This document shows positions 32,521-42,173 of a stretch of 64,000 nucleotides of DNA, one piece after another. Every line of letters starts with the position of its first letter. Position 1 is the stretch's first letter. Below the pieces are notes generated by a model. It did not search any database. It was not told where the DNA came from and saw nothing but the letters and a program-made list of their open reading frames with translations. Source of the stretch: Alphaproteobacteria bacterium (GTDB taxonomy: Bacteria > Pseudomonadota > Alphaproteobacteria > MPNO01 > UBA830); the NCBI GenBank assembly GCA_964291215.2, contig OZ219790.1:448001-512000 (forward strand), given 5' to 3'. Position numbers and translations under genes: made by a program.

Positions 32521-34228
32521 CGTTTGATGAAACAGGGGCTTGGCGGCTTCTGCTGTGGCAGGGTGGCTGATGGCGGGGGCGGGGACGCGTGAGCGTGTTC
32601 TTATCGGTGACGTAGTTCCCGACGCCAAAACTGCTTCCGGCGGTCGGCTCCGCACCCCGTATTGTGCCCGGCCATTGGCCGTGGACGCGCGGCAAAACGA
32701 ACCGCATCCGCATGGCGGATGCGTGTCCTTCCGACCGCTGTCCCCGCCTCCACCGTAGCGATGCCACGTCGTGATCCTGTGCGACCGTGGCGAAAGGGCG
32801 CAATGAGGAGAAGAGGATGAAGACGGAAGGCTTGCATGTTGTCCGGGCGCGCGCGGCGGGTCTGGACGTGCACAAGATGGAGATTACCGCGACGGTTCGC
32901 CTGTGCGAGGGCGAGCCGGTGGTCGAGACGCGCTGCTTCGGCACGCCGCCCAGCGGTCTGGAGGCGATGGTCGCCTGGCTGAACGACCATGGCGTCGAGG
33001 TTGCGGTGATGGAAGGGACCGGCATCTACTGGCATGCGCCCTTCGCGGCCCTGGAAGCGGCCGGGCTCGAGGCGATCCTGGTGCACGCGCAGCAGGTGAA
33101 GCAGTTGAAGGGGCGCAAGACCGACATGACCGACAGCGTATGGCTGGCCTGCGTGTGCCAGTTCGGGCTCTGCACGCCGTCCCATGTGCCGCCCGAGCCG
33201 TTCCGGGAGTTGCGCGCCTTGAGCCGCCAGCGTCGCACCCTGGTCGGACAGCGCTCCACCGTGCGCAACCGTGTGCAGAAGATCATCGACCGCGCCGGCG
33301 TGCGCATCGGCGGCATCCTCTCCGACGTCTTCGGCCTCAACGGGCGCAAGATCCTCGACGGCCTGGCGCAGGGCGTGGAGCGCGAGGTCATTCTTGCCTC
33401 GCTCACCGGCCATGTCGCCAGCAAGCTGGAAGGGCTCGGCGAGGCGCTCTCGCTCAGCCTGGGCGACAACGAACGCTTCATGCTCGGCGACCTGCTGGCG
33501 GAGCATGACGCGCTGGAGGCGCGCATCGCCTCCTACACCGCGCAGATCGACGGGCAGATGACGCCGTGGGAGGAGCAGCTCCGTCTGCTGACCACCATCC
33601 CCGGGATCGACCGCATCGCCGCCTCGACCATCCTGATCGAGATCGGTCCCGATATCGGGGCCTTCGCCTCCAAGGAGCACTTCGCCGCCTGGGCCGGGCT
33701 GTGCCCCGGCAACAACGAGAGCGGCGGAAAGCGCCGCAACGCGCGCACCCGAAAGGGCTCCAGAACCCTGCGCGCCAGCCTCGTCGAGTGCGCCCACGGC
33801 ACCGCCCGAACCAAGGGATGCCAGTTCGAGGCCCACCACCGCGCCCTCGCCGCACGGCGCGGATACAAGCGCGCCATCGTCGCCGGCGCACACAAGATGC
33901 TGCGCATCGTCCATGTCGTCCTCAAGACCGCCACGCCCTACTACGACCGCACCGCCGACTACGACGCTCTGATGGTCAAACGCAACGCCCCGCGCTGGAT
34001 CCGAATGCTCCGACGATACGGCTACATCGCACCCGTCAACGCGCCAGAACTCAACCCCGCCTGAGCCTCCTGAAACACGCCAGCCGGCAACGCGGGACTG
34101 CTACGGGCCACATCGGGGAAGTCCAACGCTCGTCCCTGCCGCGCCGGTCTCGGCCACCGACCCCAACTCCGCAACACGGCGTTGGAACCCCTCCGCGCGC
34201 CCCTCAACCGAATCTGTTTCACGGCAAC
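32521..34228 (+). mobile_element. IS110/IS1111-family element (ends approximate)
   Basis: Intact transposase with about 300 bp of upstream and 160 bp of downstream non-coding DNA; short inverted repeat TGAAACAG (32528) and CTGTTTCA (34214). Confidence 0.7.
32817..34064 (+). CDS. IS110-family DEDD transposase/recombinase
   Basis: GLDVHK, VMEGTG.YW, KTDMTDS, TIPGI, WAGLCP...ESGG. Confidence 0.95.
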   Translation: MKTEGLHVVRARAAGLDVHKMEITATVRLCEGEPVVETRCFGTPPSGLEAMVAWLNDHGVEVAVMEGTGIYWHAPFAALEAAGLEAILVHAQQVKQLKGRKTDMTDSVWLACVCQFGLCTPSHVPPEPFRELRALSRQRRTLVGQRSTVRNRVQKIIDRAGVRIGGILSDVFGLNGRKILDGLAQGVEREVILASLTGHVASKLEGLGEALSLSLGDNERFMLGDLLAEHDALEARIASYTAQIDGQMTPWEEQLRLLTTIPGIDRIAASTILIEIGPDIGAFASKEHFAAWAGLCPGNNESGGKRRNARTRKGSRTLRASLVECAHGTARTKGCQFEAHHRALAARRGYKRAIVAGAHKMLRIVHVVLKTATPYYDRTADYDALMVKRNAPRWIRMLRRYGYIAPVNAPELNPA

Positions 34229-34303
34229 CAGCGAAGCCACGCTTGCTCCTTCGCCCGTCCGGTGTAAAATACACCAGATGGGTTGGGTGAGGAGTCGAAG
34301 CTC

Positions 34304-34540
34304 ATGGGTCGGCCAAGGCAGAACAAGCAGACCGCCCGGCTGAGCGTCAGCTTCGAGAAAGCGGATTATGAGCAGGTTGCCGCGATTGCCGAAGCCAACG
34401 ATGTGTCCACCGCGTGGATCATCCGGCAGGCCGTCACCGCTTATCTGGACGCTTACCGAGATTCGGCGCTTTCTTTTGATCCACGGCATGGGCAAACGCC
34501 GGAACGCGCGCCGGTAACCGAGGGAAGGCGGGGCTCGTGA
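34304..34540 (+). CDS. Ribbon-helix-helix (CopG-like) regulator
   Basis: RLSVSF...VAAIAE..DVSTAWIIRQAV. Confidence 0.75.
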   Translation: MGRPRQNKQTARLSVSFEKADYEQVAAIAEANDVSTAWIIRQAVTAYLDAYRDSALSFDPRHGQTPERAPVTEGRRGS

Positions 34541-35061
34541 GCAAAAAGAGCGATCTCCCCTTCGGCAGCGAGTTTTCGCCCTCGCAGATCGAACTACCGA
34601 AGGCGCTGGGGTTTGCGGCTCGGCATGGCGGTAATTGGCGCGCCTTCGAGGAGACCGTGCGGGAAGCCTGGTTTGAGGACCACAAGACCAGCGCCTACAA
34701 CCGCGCCAAACTCGCCAACAACACAAAGCTGGGAATGATCGCCTACGGGATTATTGACCGGGATGCAACGCTGACCCCGTTCGGCCAGGAACTCAACGAC
34801 CTGCGCAATGACGACGATGCGCTGCATGATCGATTGGCTAGGCATATCCTCCTCAACCTTCATGGAATGACCCTTGTCCAGTGTATTCGCGACATGGTCG
34901 CCGCGGGCGAGCAGGTAAACCTGACTACTCTTCGGGAGGGTCTGGCGGCCCGCGGCATCCACTATCCATCAGGCGGCAAGCATCCAAGCATGATGCGCCT
35001 GTGGCTTGCGAAGGCTGGCGTCTTCATCGGCAGTCGGTGGCAAATCAATGAAAACCGGATC
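34537..35061 (+). pseudogene. Probable restriction endonuclease, N-terminal part, truncated by IS66
   Basis: Coupled to the RHH gene by a GTGA overlap; N-terminus KSDLPFGSEFSP recalled from Mrr-cat-type restriction proteins; frame runs into GTAACTGCTCA at 35062; no catalytic domain present. Confidence 0.55.
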
Positions 35062-35739
35062 GTAACTGCTCACCCCCTGGTTCCGGCTTGATGTCGGGGT
35101 AGAGCAACGAACGGGTTTTCGTGGAGATTTGACACTGCATGCCGATTCGCTTAGTGGTGGTCATCGAGAACGACGGGGACCGCCAGTGGGCTACTTTGGA
35201 TCGAAGGCGACGAGCGGGCTGTGCCAGCTGCTTCCGGGGCTCCAGCCCCCGCATGATCTGTATATGGAAACGCATCTCGGAAGCGGCGCGCTGATGAAGC
35301 GCAAGGCCGGGTGATGGCGACGGTCAACGCGGCGCGCGAGGAGTTCGAAGCGGCCAAGACCCGGATCGCGGCGCTGCGTGCGGCCGGCAAGGTGGCGGAA
35401 GAGGCCGTGATCCGCGTCCTCGTCATCCTGCTCGACATCATCATCGTCGTCCTTCTGGAGAAGACCACGCACGAGCCGGAACTCCGGTCTGCCGCCGTCA
35501 CAGACGGACAAGAGCGTGCCGGGAGCAACGGCCCGAAGCCGAACCGGCAGATGGGCGACAACCTGCGCAAGATCATCGTCGAGGAGACGGTCGCGGCCTG
35601 CGACGCCTGCGGCGCTGACATCGACGGCCCCGTCGATCGGGAGCGCCGCGTCCTCTACGACATCGTGTTCGAGGTCGTGCCGCGCCGAGATCAAGGAATG
35701 CCCGAAGTGCAAGGCCCGGAACAACCAAGGGTATACCAA
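35062..35739 (+). mobile_element. Left part of an IS66-family element (methyltransferase stub plus degenerate transposase 5' end)
   Basis: GTAACTGCTCAC terminus; GYFGSKAT..HLGSGALMKRK* at 35187-35314; LLEKTT, ACDACGAD, YDIVFEV, KECPKC; near-identical to 63767-64000. Confidence 0.8.
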
Positions 35740-35815
35740 GGGTACTGTAACTTGATGTCTGGAAATTTGTCTGAGGTTTGCGCTTTGAGGCGTTTCACTG
35801 GGGGGGGGGGGCTAG

Positions 35816-37798
35816 CCCTCGCATGTCACGGAAATTTTAGCTGGACAACGGTGTTTCGGCGTGGCATAAGTGTCCCATGTCACAGTCTCAGATCAGCCGC
35901 ACATTGCGGGACGAGGCAGCAGTTGCGCGGATCGCGTCGCTGCTGTCCTGTGAGCAGTTCGACAGCCGGTCGGCTCTGGGTCGTCTGCGAGGAGTTTGCC
36001 TTTGTCGACGCGCGCGGCCGTCTGCAGCTTGCCGGCTGCATGAAGGCGCTGAGGGCGCCCGGAGATCGTCCTGCCGGTGCCGAAGTCACCGACAATCGAC
36101 CGCCGGCCTCGCCTGTTGGTATCGCTGCAGAGGTTCCGGCGCGCGCATTCGGGATCTCGAGATCATCGTGGTCGGGGATCGTATTGACCGAGCGGTCACG
36201 CTGATTGCGCGTGAACACCCGCGACGACCTTCGCCGGCTGCCAATATCTCGTGGGCTCGGCGCACGGGTGGCGGGGTTTGCCGCCGCCGCGCGGCGCGGG
36301 ACCGCTGGATGGAACGACGGGCAGCGCCGGAACCACCTGCAGCGGATCGTCTGTCTGAGCCGTTTCTTGATCAGGTGCTCTGCCCGCCCAGCCATGTGCG
36401 CATCCTGCGCCGCGTGACTTCGAGGACCGTTTCGACCATGGCTCAGTTTTGCCGATGAAGGTTACCCTGCCTGCGCGCGGCCAACTTCCTGTGCAGGACC
36501 GAAGGCCGGCAGGATCGGGAGCACTGGGAGACGGTGAAGACGGTCTTCGTGGCCGAACTGGAGCGCGCAGGAAGCTGGGGAGGTCGATCATGCGCCCTCG
36601 CCGGGCGAAGGTCTGAACGACTGGGCGCAGAACGAGTTTGGAGGGGGGTGACAAGCGACTTTCTGCGCGCCTGGAGCGCCGGCCTTCTGGCGGCCGGTCA
36701 GAAGATCAATGCGTCTCCCAGCGCCGACAACACCGCGATCAATGCGTTTTACCGGATGGTCGCCCTCGGAGATCACGCCGGCGAACATTCTTGCGCCGCA
36801 CCGTGAGCGCAGCATCCGGCGCATCCGTGGCCAGAAGACGGTTCTTGCGGCACGGACCTGAACTTCTCCCGGCTGCGACGGCCTGCAGGTGAGAACCAGA
36901 CCGGGGCCTCAAGCCTGCACCTGCACGCGACCCTGGCGGTGACTGACCTGCCACTCGGGGTGCTGGGTCCGGTGAAGCCCCGGTCGCAGGAGACACGCCG
37001 CAGCTCGAGGGGTTCAAGGCGCTGCCACCCCGGCGGCAAGACGCGCGTCATCTCCGTCGGGAAGCCGACATCTTCGAGCTGTTCGACACGCGCTTGCCCC
37101 GCGTCGATCTGCGCGCCAAGCATGACAGGGTGCTGAAGGAGGGAAGGCTGTTCGCCGTCATGGCCGGCGGCCTGATTGAGATCGAGGGACTGACGGAGCA
37201 AGCCAGCCGGAAGAAGGCCCGCGCGACAGAAGCGCCTGGCGAGTTGCGGTCCGTCACCCGTGACGGGCACCGCCCCCAGCGCGAAGCCGGTGTCCCTGCA
37301 CGGGGTCAGGGAGCGCCCGAGGGTGAGGATCCCGTGGTGCCTGCTGACCACCGTGCGGGTCGGCGAAGGAGGCGGCCGACATCGTCGGCTTCTACCTTCA
37401 GCGCTGGCGAATCGAGGATTACGTGCTCAAATCCGGATGCAGGGTGGAACACCTTCTGTTCCGCACCGGCTGCAGCGGGCGATCAACGCCGTCATCGCGC
37501 ATCATGACCCTGCTCGGCCGCCAGGTGCGAGCCGCAGCTGATGTTCACCGACAGCGAACTCGCGCGACTACGCACACAAGTACGCCCTGAAGGAACCGGA
37601 GCGTCTCGCCGATGCGGTGCACCTGGTCGCCCATCTCGGCGGCTACCGCAGCACGCCCGGGTCACCAGATCATGTGGCCAGACACACCAGCGCCGCACTG
37701 GGTCACCAAATCGGCCGGGAAATCGGGTTCCGGGATGGACAAAGACACGCGTGAACACGTAAACCATTGTCAACCAGATTTGTCATGACACGGCAGGG
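35816..37798 (+). mobile_element. Degenerate IS4-family / DUF4338 element, copy 2 (inverted relative to copy 1)
   Basis: Near-identical reverse complement of 24829-26814; CTAG at 35812-15 and 37799-802. Confidence 0.9.
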
Positions 37799-37869
37799 CT
37801 AGCCCCCCAGTGAAACGCGGCGCCATCGTGCTATCCCATGGAGCTGTAAAACATTCATGGAGGAAGCGA

Positions 37870-38947
37870 ATGGACCTGCGACACACTACGACGATCGAGG
37901 CCGTTTTGGAACATCTGATCGCAAACGGAGCAACGGATCTGGGGCGGATCTTTGGTCAGCTCTTCGAGCTTGCGATGCAAATCGAGCGCGAGCAGTACTT
38001 GAAAGCGGGCCACCGGACACCGGAACGACAGGGCTATGCCAACGGCTACAAGCGGATCGACACCCCCACTGTTACCGTTCAAGTGCCAAAGACGGCCGGT
38101 CACGGGGACGACCCCCCCAGTCGCTTGAACGCGGCCAGCGATCTTCTCGCGCCGTCATGCTGGCTGTAGCCGAGATGTACATCAAGGGTGTTTCCACGCG
38201 GCAAGATGTAATGCGCGAGTTCGGGAGCCTGTCCTCTTCTCAGGTCAGCCGGGCCACCAGGTTGCTCGATGAAGAACTCGCCGCGCAACCGGCCCCTGAT
38301 GAAATACCTGATCCTGGATGCGCGCTACGAAAAAGCCCGCCATGACGGCGTTGTGCGCGATGTTGCAGTGCTCTCGGCCATCGGAATAGGGGCTGCAGGC
38401 ACGTTCTGGGGCTCTCTGTGGCGCTCTCCGAGGCCGAGGTCCATTGGAGAGCCTTCCTGGAAAGCTTGCTAGCCCTGCATGGTACGACCTTCATCGTCTC
38501 GGATGCCGGGCTGAAAGCGGCACGACGCGCGGTGCTGGGCGCGGCGACATGGCAGCGCTGCCAATTCCACCTGGCACAAAACGCCGTGCACCGAACAACG
38601 ACATCAGGAAACGTATTGGAAAACAGCTCGGAGCCACGCCTCCTCACTCCAAGCCGCCGAGGCTGAACTGGGCGCCCTCGTGGCCAGCTATCGCGACAAG
38701 CATCCAGGCTTCCTGGCTGGAAAACAATGCGGGGCTCGCTGTCTTCACCTTGCCCGATGCTCACCACAAGCGTATGCGAACCTCGAACGGCATCGAGCGA
38801 CCGATCCAGCAAGAGCTCAAGCGGCGCACCTCCAAAGTCAGGGTCTTTCCGAACCTCGCCTCGTTGGAGCGCCTCTCAACCGCGGTCCTCATCGACGAAA
38901 AATGGGAAACCGAAACCAAGATCAAATGGGAACAGCTCGATGACTGA
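37870..38947 (+). pseudogene. IS256 transposase, multiply frameshifted
   Basis: GYANGYK, EMYIKGVSTR, YLILDARYEK, SEAEVHW, WQRCQFHL, RTSNGIER. Confidence 0.9.
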
Positions 38948-38987
38948 CAGCTTCACGACAATTTCCAGACATCAGGTTGCGTAATCC

Positions 38988-39859
38988 TCAAATACGTGGC
39001 CTACTGCTCCAGCCTGAAGAAGGCGGAGATTGTCGAGGTCTATCAGAAATACTTGGACCGCTGGTCGGAAGACGCGGACGCGGTGGCGAACCTGTGCGAC
39101 TTCCTCGATGTCGAGGATCTCGACGAGGTGGTGCTGATCGCGGCGAATTTTCGAAAGGAGGTGACGACGACCGTGCTCTGGCTGATCGGCCACGGGGTGC
39201 GCGCCCAGTGCTTCCGGGTCGTGCCTTACAGCTTCGGCGAAGAGCTCTTCATCGACCTGCGGCAGATCATTCCGACGCCCGAAGCTGCGGACTACATGAT
39301 CGGCATGGCGGCCAAGGATTCCGAGGAGAAATCCGTTGAAGGAGCGCAGAGGCACAGCCATCGACTGCGGCAGGCGTTCTGGACCGGGGTGCTCGAGGAG
39401 CTCCGCACCCGGAACGTTGCACAGTTCGATAACGTCAGCCCATCGACGGATTACTACGTAAATCTCGCTGCCGGGGTGGCCGGCTGCCATTTTGCCCTCA
39501 TTTTCCTGAGAACGCAGGCACGCGTGGAACTGAATCTCCAGCGTTCCGACGCCACCGAGAACAAATGGCTGTTCGATCAGCTGAAAAGGCAGAAGCATGA
39601 ACTTGAGGGGCGGTTCGGGAACGAACTCCGGTGGCGACGGATGGATGAGCGAAAGGCAAGCAGGATCAACTATTCATGCTCCTTCGACAGCTACGATGAG
39701 AAAAATTGGCCGCGGATGACCGAGTGGATGTGCGAACACATTGTCCGACTCGTCGAGACGTTCTCCGAACCGCTCAACCATCTAAATCTGGAACTCAAAA
39801 CCAGAATTGGAACATCGCCCGATGAAGGGGACGCCACTGCATCGGCCTCGGAGGATTGA
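38988..39859 (+). pseudogene. DUF4268-domain protein, 5'-truncated by IS256
   Basis: KYVAYCS, AANFRKEVTTTVLWL, QIIP, FW..LE, LRWRRMDERKASRI; no native start. Confidence 0.75.
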
Positions 39860-39913
39860 TTGCTGGGTCCAGCCATTCAGGGCAAGAACGAAAATGACGG
39901 AGAAAGGAGCGAC

Positions 39914-40200
39914 GTGAGGGAAGCCCCATTCCGCGACTGGTTGAAGAACGAGAGGGGCTGAGCGCTCGCACTGTCAGCACTCGAAACAGCAATTGCCGAC
40001 GTGTCGAGCACCATGAGGACGATCTCGACGGTCACTACGACTCCGACGAACTGGGAAGCCTGTTGCAGCGCCTGGACCCAAGGCAACCCGGACACAGGAT
40101 TCTGATCGATGGCGACATCTACAAAGGCACGGCAACGCTGAAGAGTGCGGTCGCCCTCTATCGTGATTTCCGGAAAGGCGCCGGACGACCCGCTGCTTCA
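39914..40200 (+). pseudogene. Small hypothetical gene remnant
   Basis: F..WL...TVSTRNSNCRRVE..DLD.HY...IDGDIYKGTATLKSAVALY. Confidence 0.4.
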
Positions 40201-40627
40201 GGCGGTATTCCTGAGGTGCGACGGCCGAGACGGCGGCAGGGCCCGGCATTTGTTCCGGGCTTCCTCCACCGTCATCAGCGCGACCGCGCCTATGGTCGTC
40301 CGCACCATCCTGCCGTTCACGGTCCCGTGCCACACGAAGCTGCGATGCCCGGAAGGCCGGATCCGCACGCCCAGACCGGCAACCCGAATGTCCTTCACGA
40401 TGTATTCGGTACTGCCGGGCTTCAATCTTGCGACGCCTGCATCCGTCCGGCGGACCTTGCTTGCCTTGCCCGTCATGACTGCGCCCCGAGAGCAGCGGCG
40501 CCAGCGCCTCGACCGTTTCCCTGACCGTCGCGTCGGAGAGATGCGCGTATTTCAGCGTGGTCGCTGCATTCCCATGGCCCAGCAGCCAGCCCACCGTGAG
40601 GGTCGTCTCGCCGCTGGACAGCGCCAT
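40198..40627 (-). pseudogene. Remnant of two tandem tyrosine integrases (C-terminus of one, arm-binding domain of the next)
   Basis: LLGH...TLKYAHL at 40473-40627; GLGVRIRPSG.RSF...TIG....TVEEAR at 40198-40476. Confidence 0.75.
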
Positions 40628-41095
40628 GCTGGCATACTGCTGGTTCCATGCTAGGCGCCGGCTCCGCGAAATCCACGACGGCAGCGGCTCGGAGATCGCG
40701 GCCGAGGGCCTGCGCCGGATTGCCGAGCTCTACGCCATCGAGGCCGACATCCGCGGCAGCGCGCCCGAGCGGAGGCTCGCCGAACGGCAAAGCAGCAGCG
40801 CGCCCGTGTCTCGCCCAAGTCCCGGCTCGGCGAGAAACTCGCCTATATCGCCCGGCCGATCGCCCTGAACCGCAAGAACGCACTCTTCGCCGGTCACGAT
40901 GAAGGCGCCGCCGCATGGGCACGCATCGCTGATCGAGACGGCGAAACTGAACGGCATCGAACCCTACGCCTGGCAAAAGGCTACACTCGATGCCATCGCC
41001 ACCGGCCATCCAAACAGCCGGATCGATGAGCTCATGCCCTGGAACTTCAGGCCCGCGTCAAGCTGAAACCCGGGTGCCTTCCCGGCATCGCTTAC
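40625..41095 (+). mobile_element. Right end of a TnpC-type IS66 (degenerate)
   Basis: YCWFHARR, ELYAIEADIRG, RKNALFAG, SLIETAKLNGIEPYAW, IDELMPWN; terminal GCTTAC. Confidence 0.85.
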
Positions 41096-41709
41096 CTTAC
41101 CGTCATGCCCTTCGGGCGATGGACCGTTTGTCGGCATGCGCGAGCCGGCAACGCCTCATTTCGGATCTATCCGGTCTCGGGCCGCTATCTGGAAACAGGC
41201 TTGATTTAGAGGAGGTCGAAAAAACAAGTAAAATCAAGTCTGTATAGAAGGTTCAAAATATTTCACCTCATTGGGGGCAAGCAGGCATTCGACAGTCCTG
41301 CGCCTTCGTCGGCTCCCGAGTGCTGCGGCGACAAACCGGCTCCCGTCCGTTGGCTCAGTGACCGCCCGTCCTCGGCAAGTGCGCGGCACGCTGTTGCAAG
41401 CGAGTGTTCGTCCTGTGGCGAACCATCTCGCCGGTGGTGAGGTCGCGGCCGTAACAGCGGTATGCGACCTCGGCCACCCAATTCCGCCGTTGCTCCGAAT
41501 TCACTGACCATGGCAGCGATGGGAAAGGGACGTCAGGTTACGTCTTGGCAGACCAAGTCCTGATTTTTGCAGATGGCCGAACCACATCTCAATGCGGATT
41601 TTCAGATGTCTCCTGCTCATGATGACCCTGAGGTCATCTTCGGTCGCAATGAACTCGGGCTCTGTCCTGTTGTGCTTCGTCAAGAGCGAAAGGATCCTGT
41701 TGCGCATCC

Positions 41710-42171
41710 CCATGACCTCCGCCCCCACATCCTCTCGCTCGTCCGCAAGCGGCTGCCCGGGAACTGGACCGCGCGCTACGGCAACACGCCCGTGCTCTGC
41801 GAGACCTTGGTCGAGGTCTCGCGCCGCGGCGTCTGCCGGGCCGCGGGCCGGATCCGCGTCGGAACAACCAGGGCGCGCGGCCGCCACGACCGACACAACA
41901 GAAGCCGAAGAAGGACATCTGGCCCGCTCCACAAGGACTGGAAGCGGACCCTCAATCGCTGAACCCTGCAACCGGCACAGGATGGCGCTCAGCTCCTCCT
42001 CCGCAGCGTTGGGACAAAACGCAACCAATGCCGAAAACACGGCATGGCGCCAGTGCCCCTCACCGCGCATCACGGTGCACGAAACCGCTCCGGGTGACGC
42101 TGGAACTCCCTGACAAAAGCCCGTCAAACGGACGAAAACAACAACACCTCACCGCACGAACGAACGCTTAC
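41710..42171 (+). mobile_element. DUF4338/DruA 3' part plus IS66 right end (partial copy)
   Basis: HILSL...RYGNTPVLCETLV..VCRAAG.IRVGTT; ends CGAACGAACGCTTAC. Confidence 0.8.
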
Positions 42172-42173
42172 TC

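Larger units (their letters stand above)
35740..38987 (+). mobile_element. Degenerate IS256-family element interrupted by IS4 copy 2
   Basis: Inverted ends sharing TGATGTCTGGAAATT (about 35753 and 38974); no matching target duplication. Confidence 0.85.

Noticed and set aside
24829-37798. Near-identical repeat pair as a diversity-generating retroelement TR/VR
   Set aside because: No reverse transcriptase, differences are not adenine-specific, and both copies have IS ends with CTAG duplications.
41273-41300. GGGGGCAAGCAGGCATTCGACAG resembling a tmRNA 5' end or attachment site
   Set aside because: Only a loose match; no TPsiC arm, CCA end or tag frame visible. An Rfam search would settle it.
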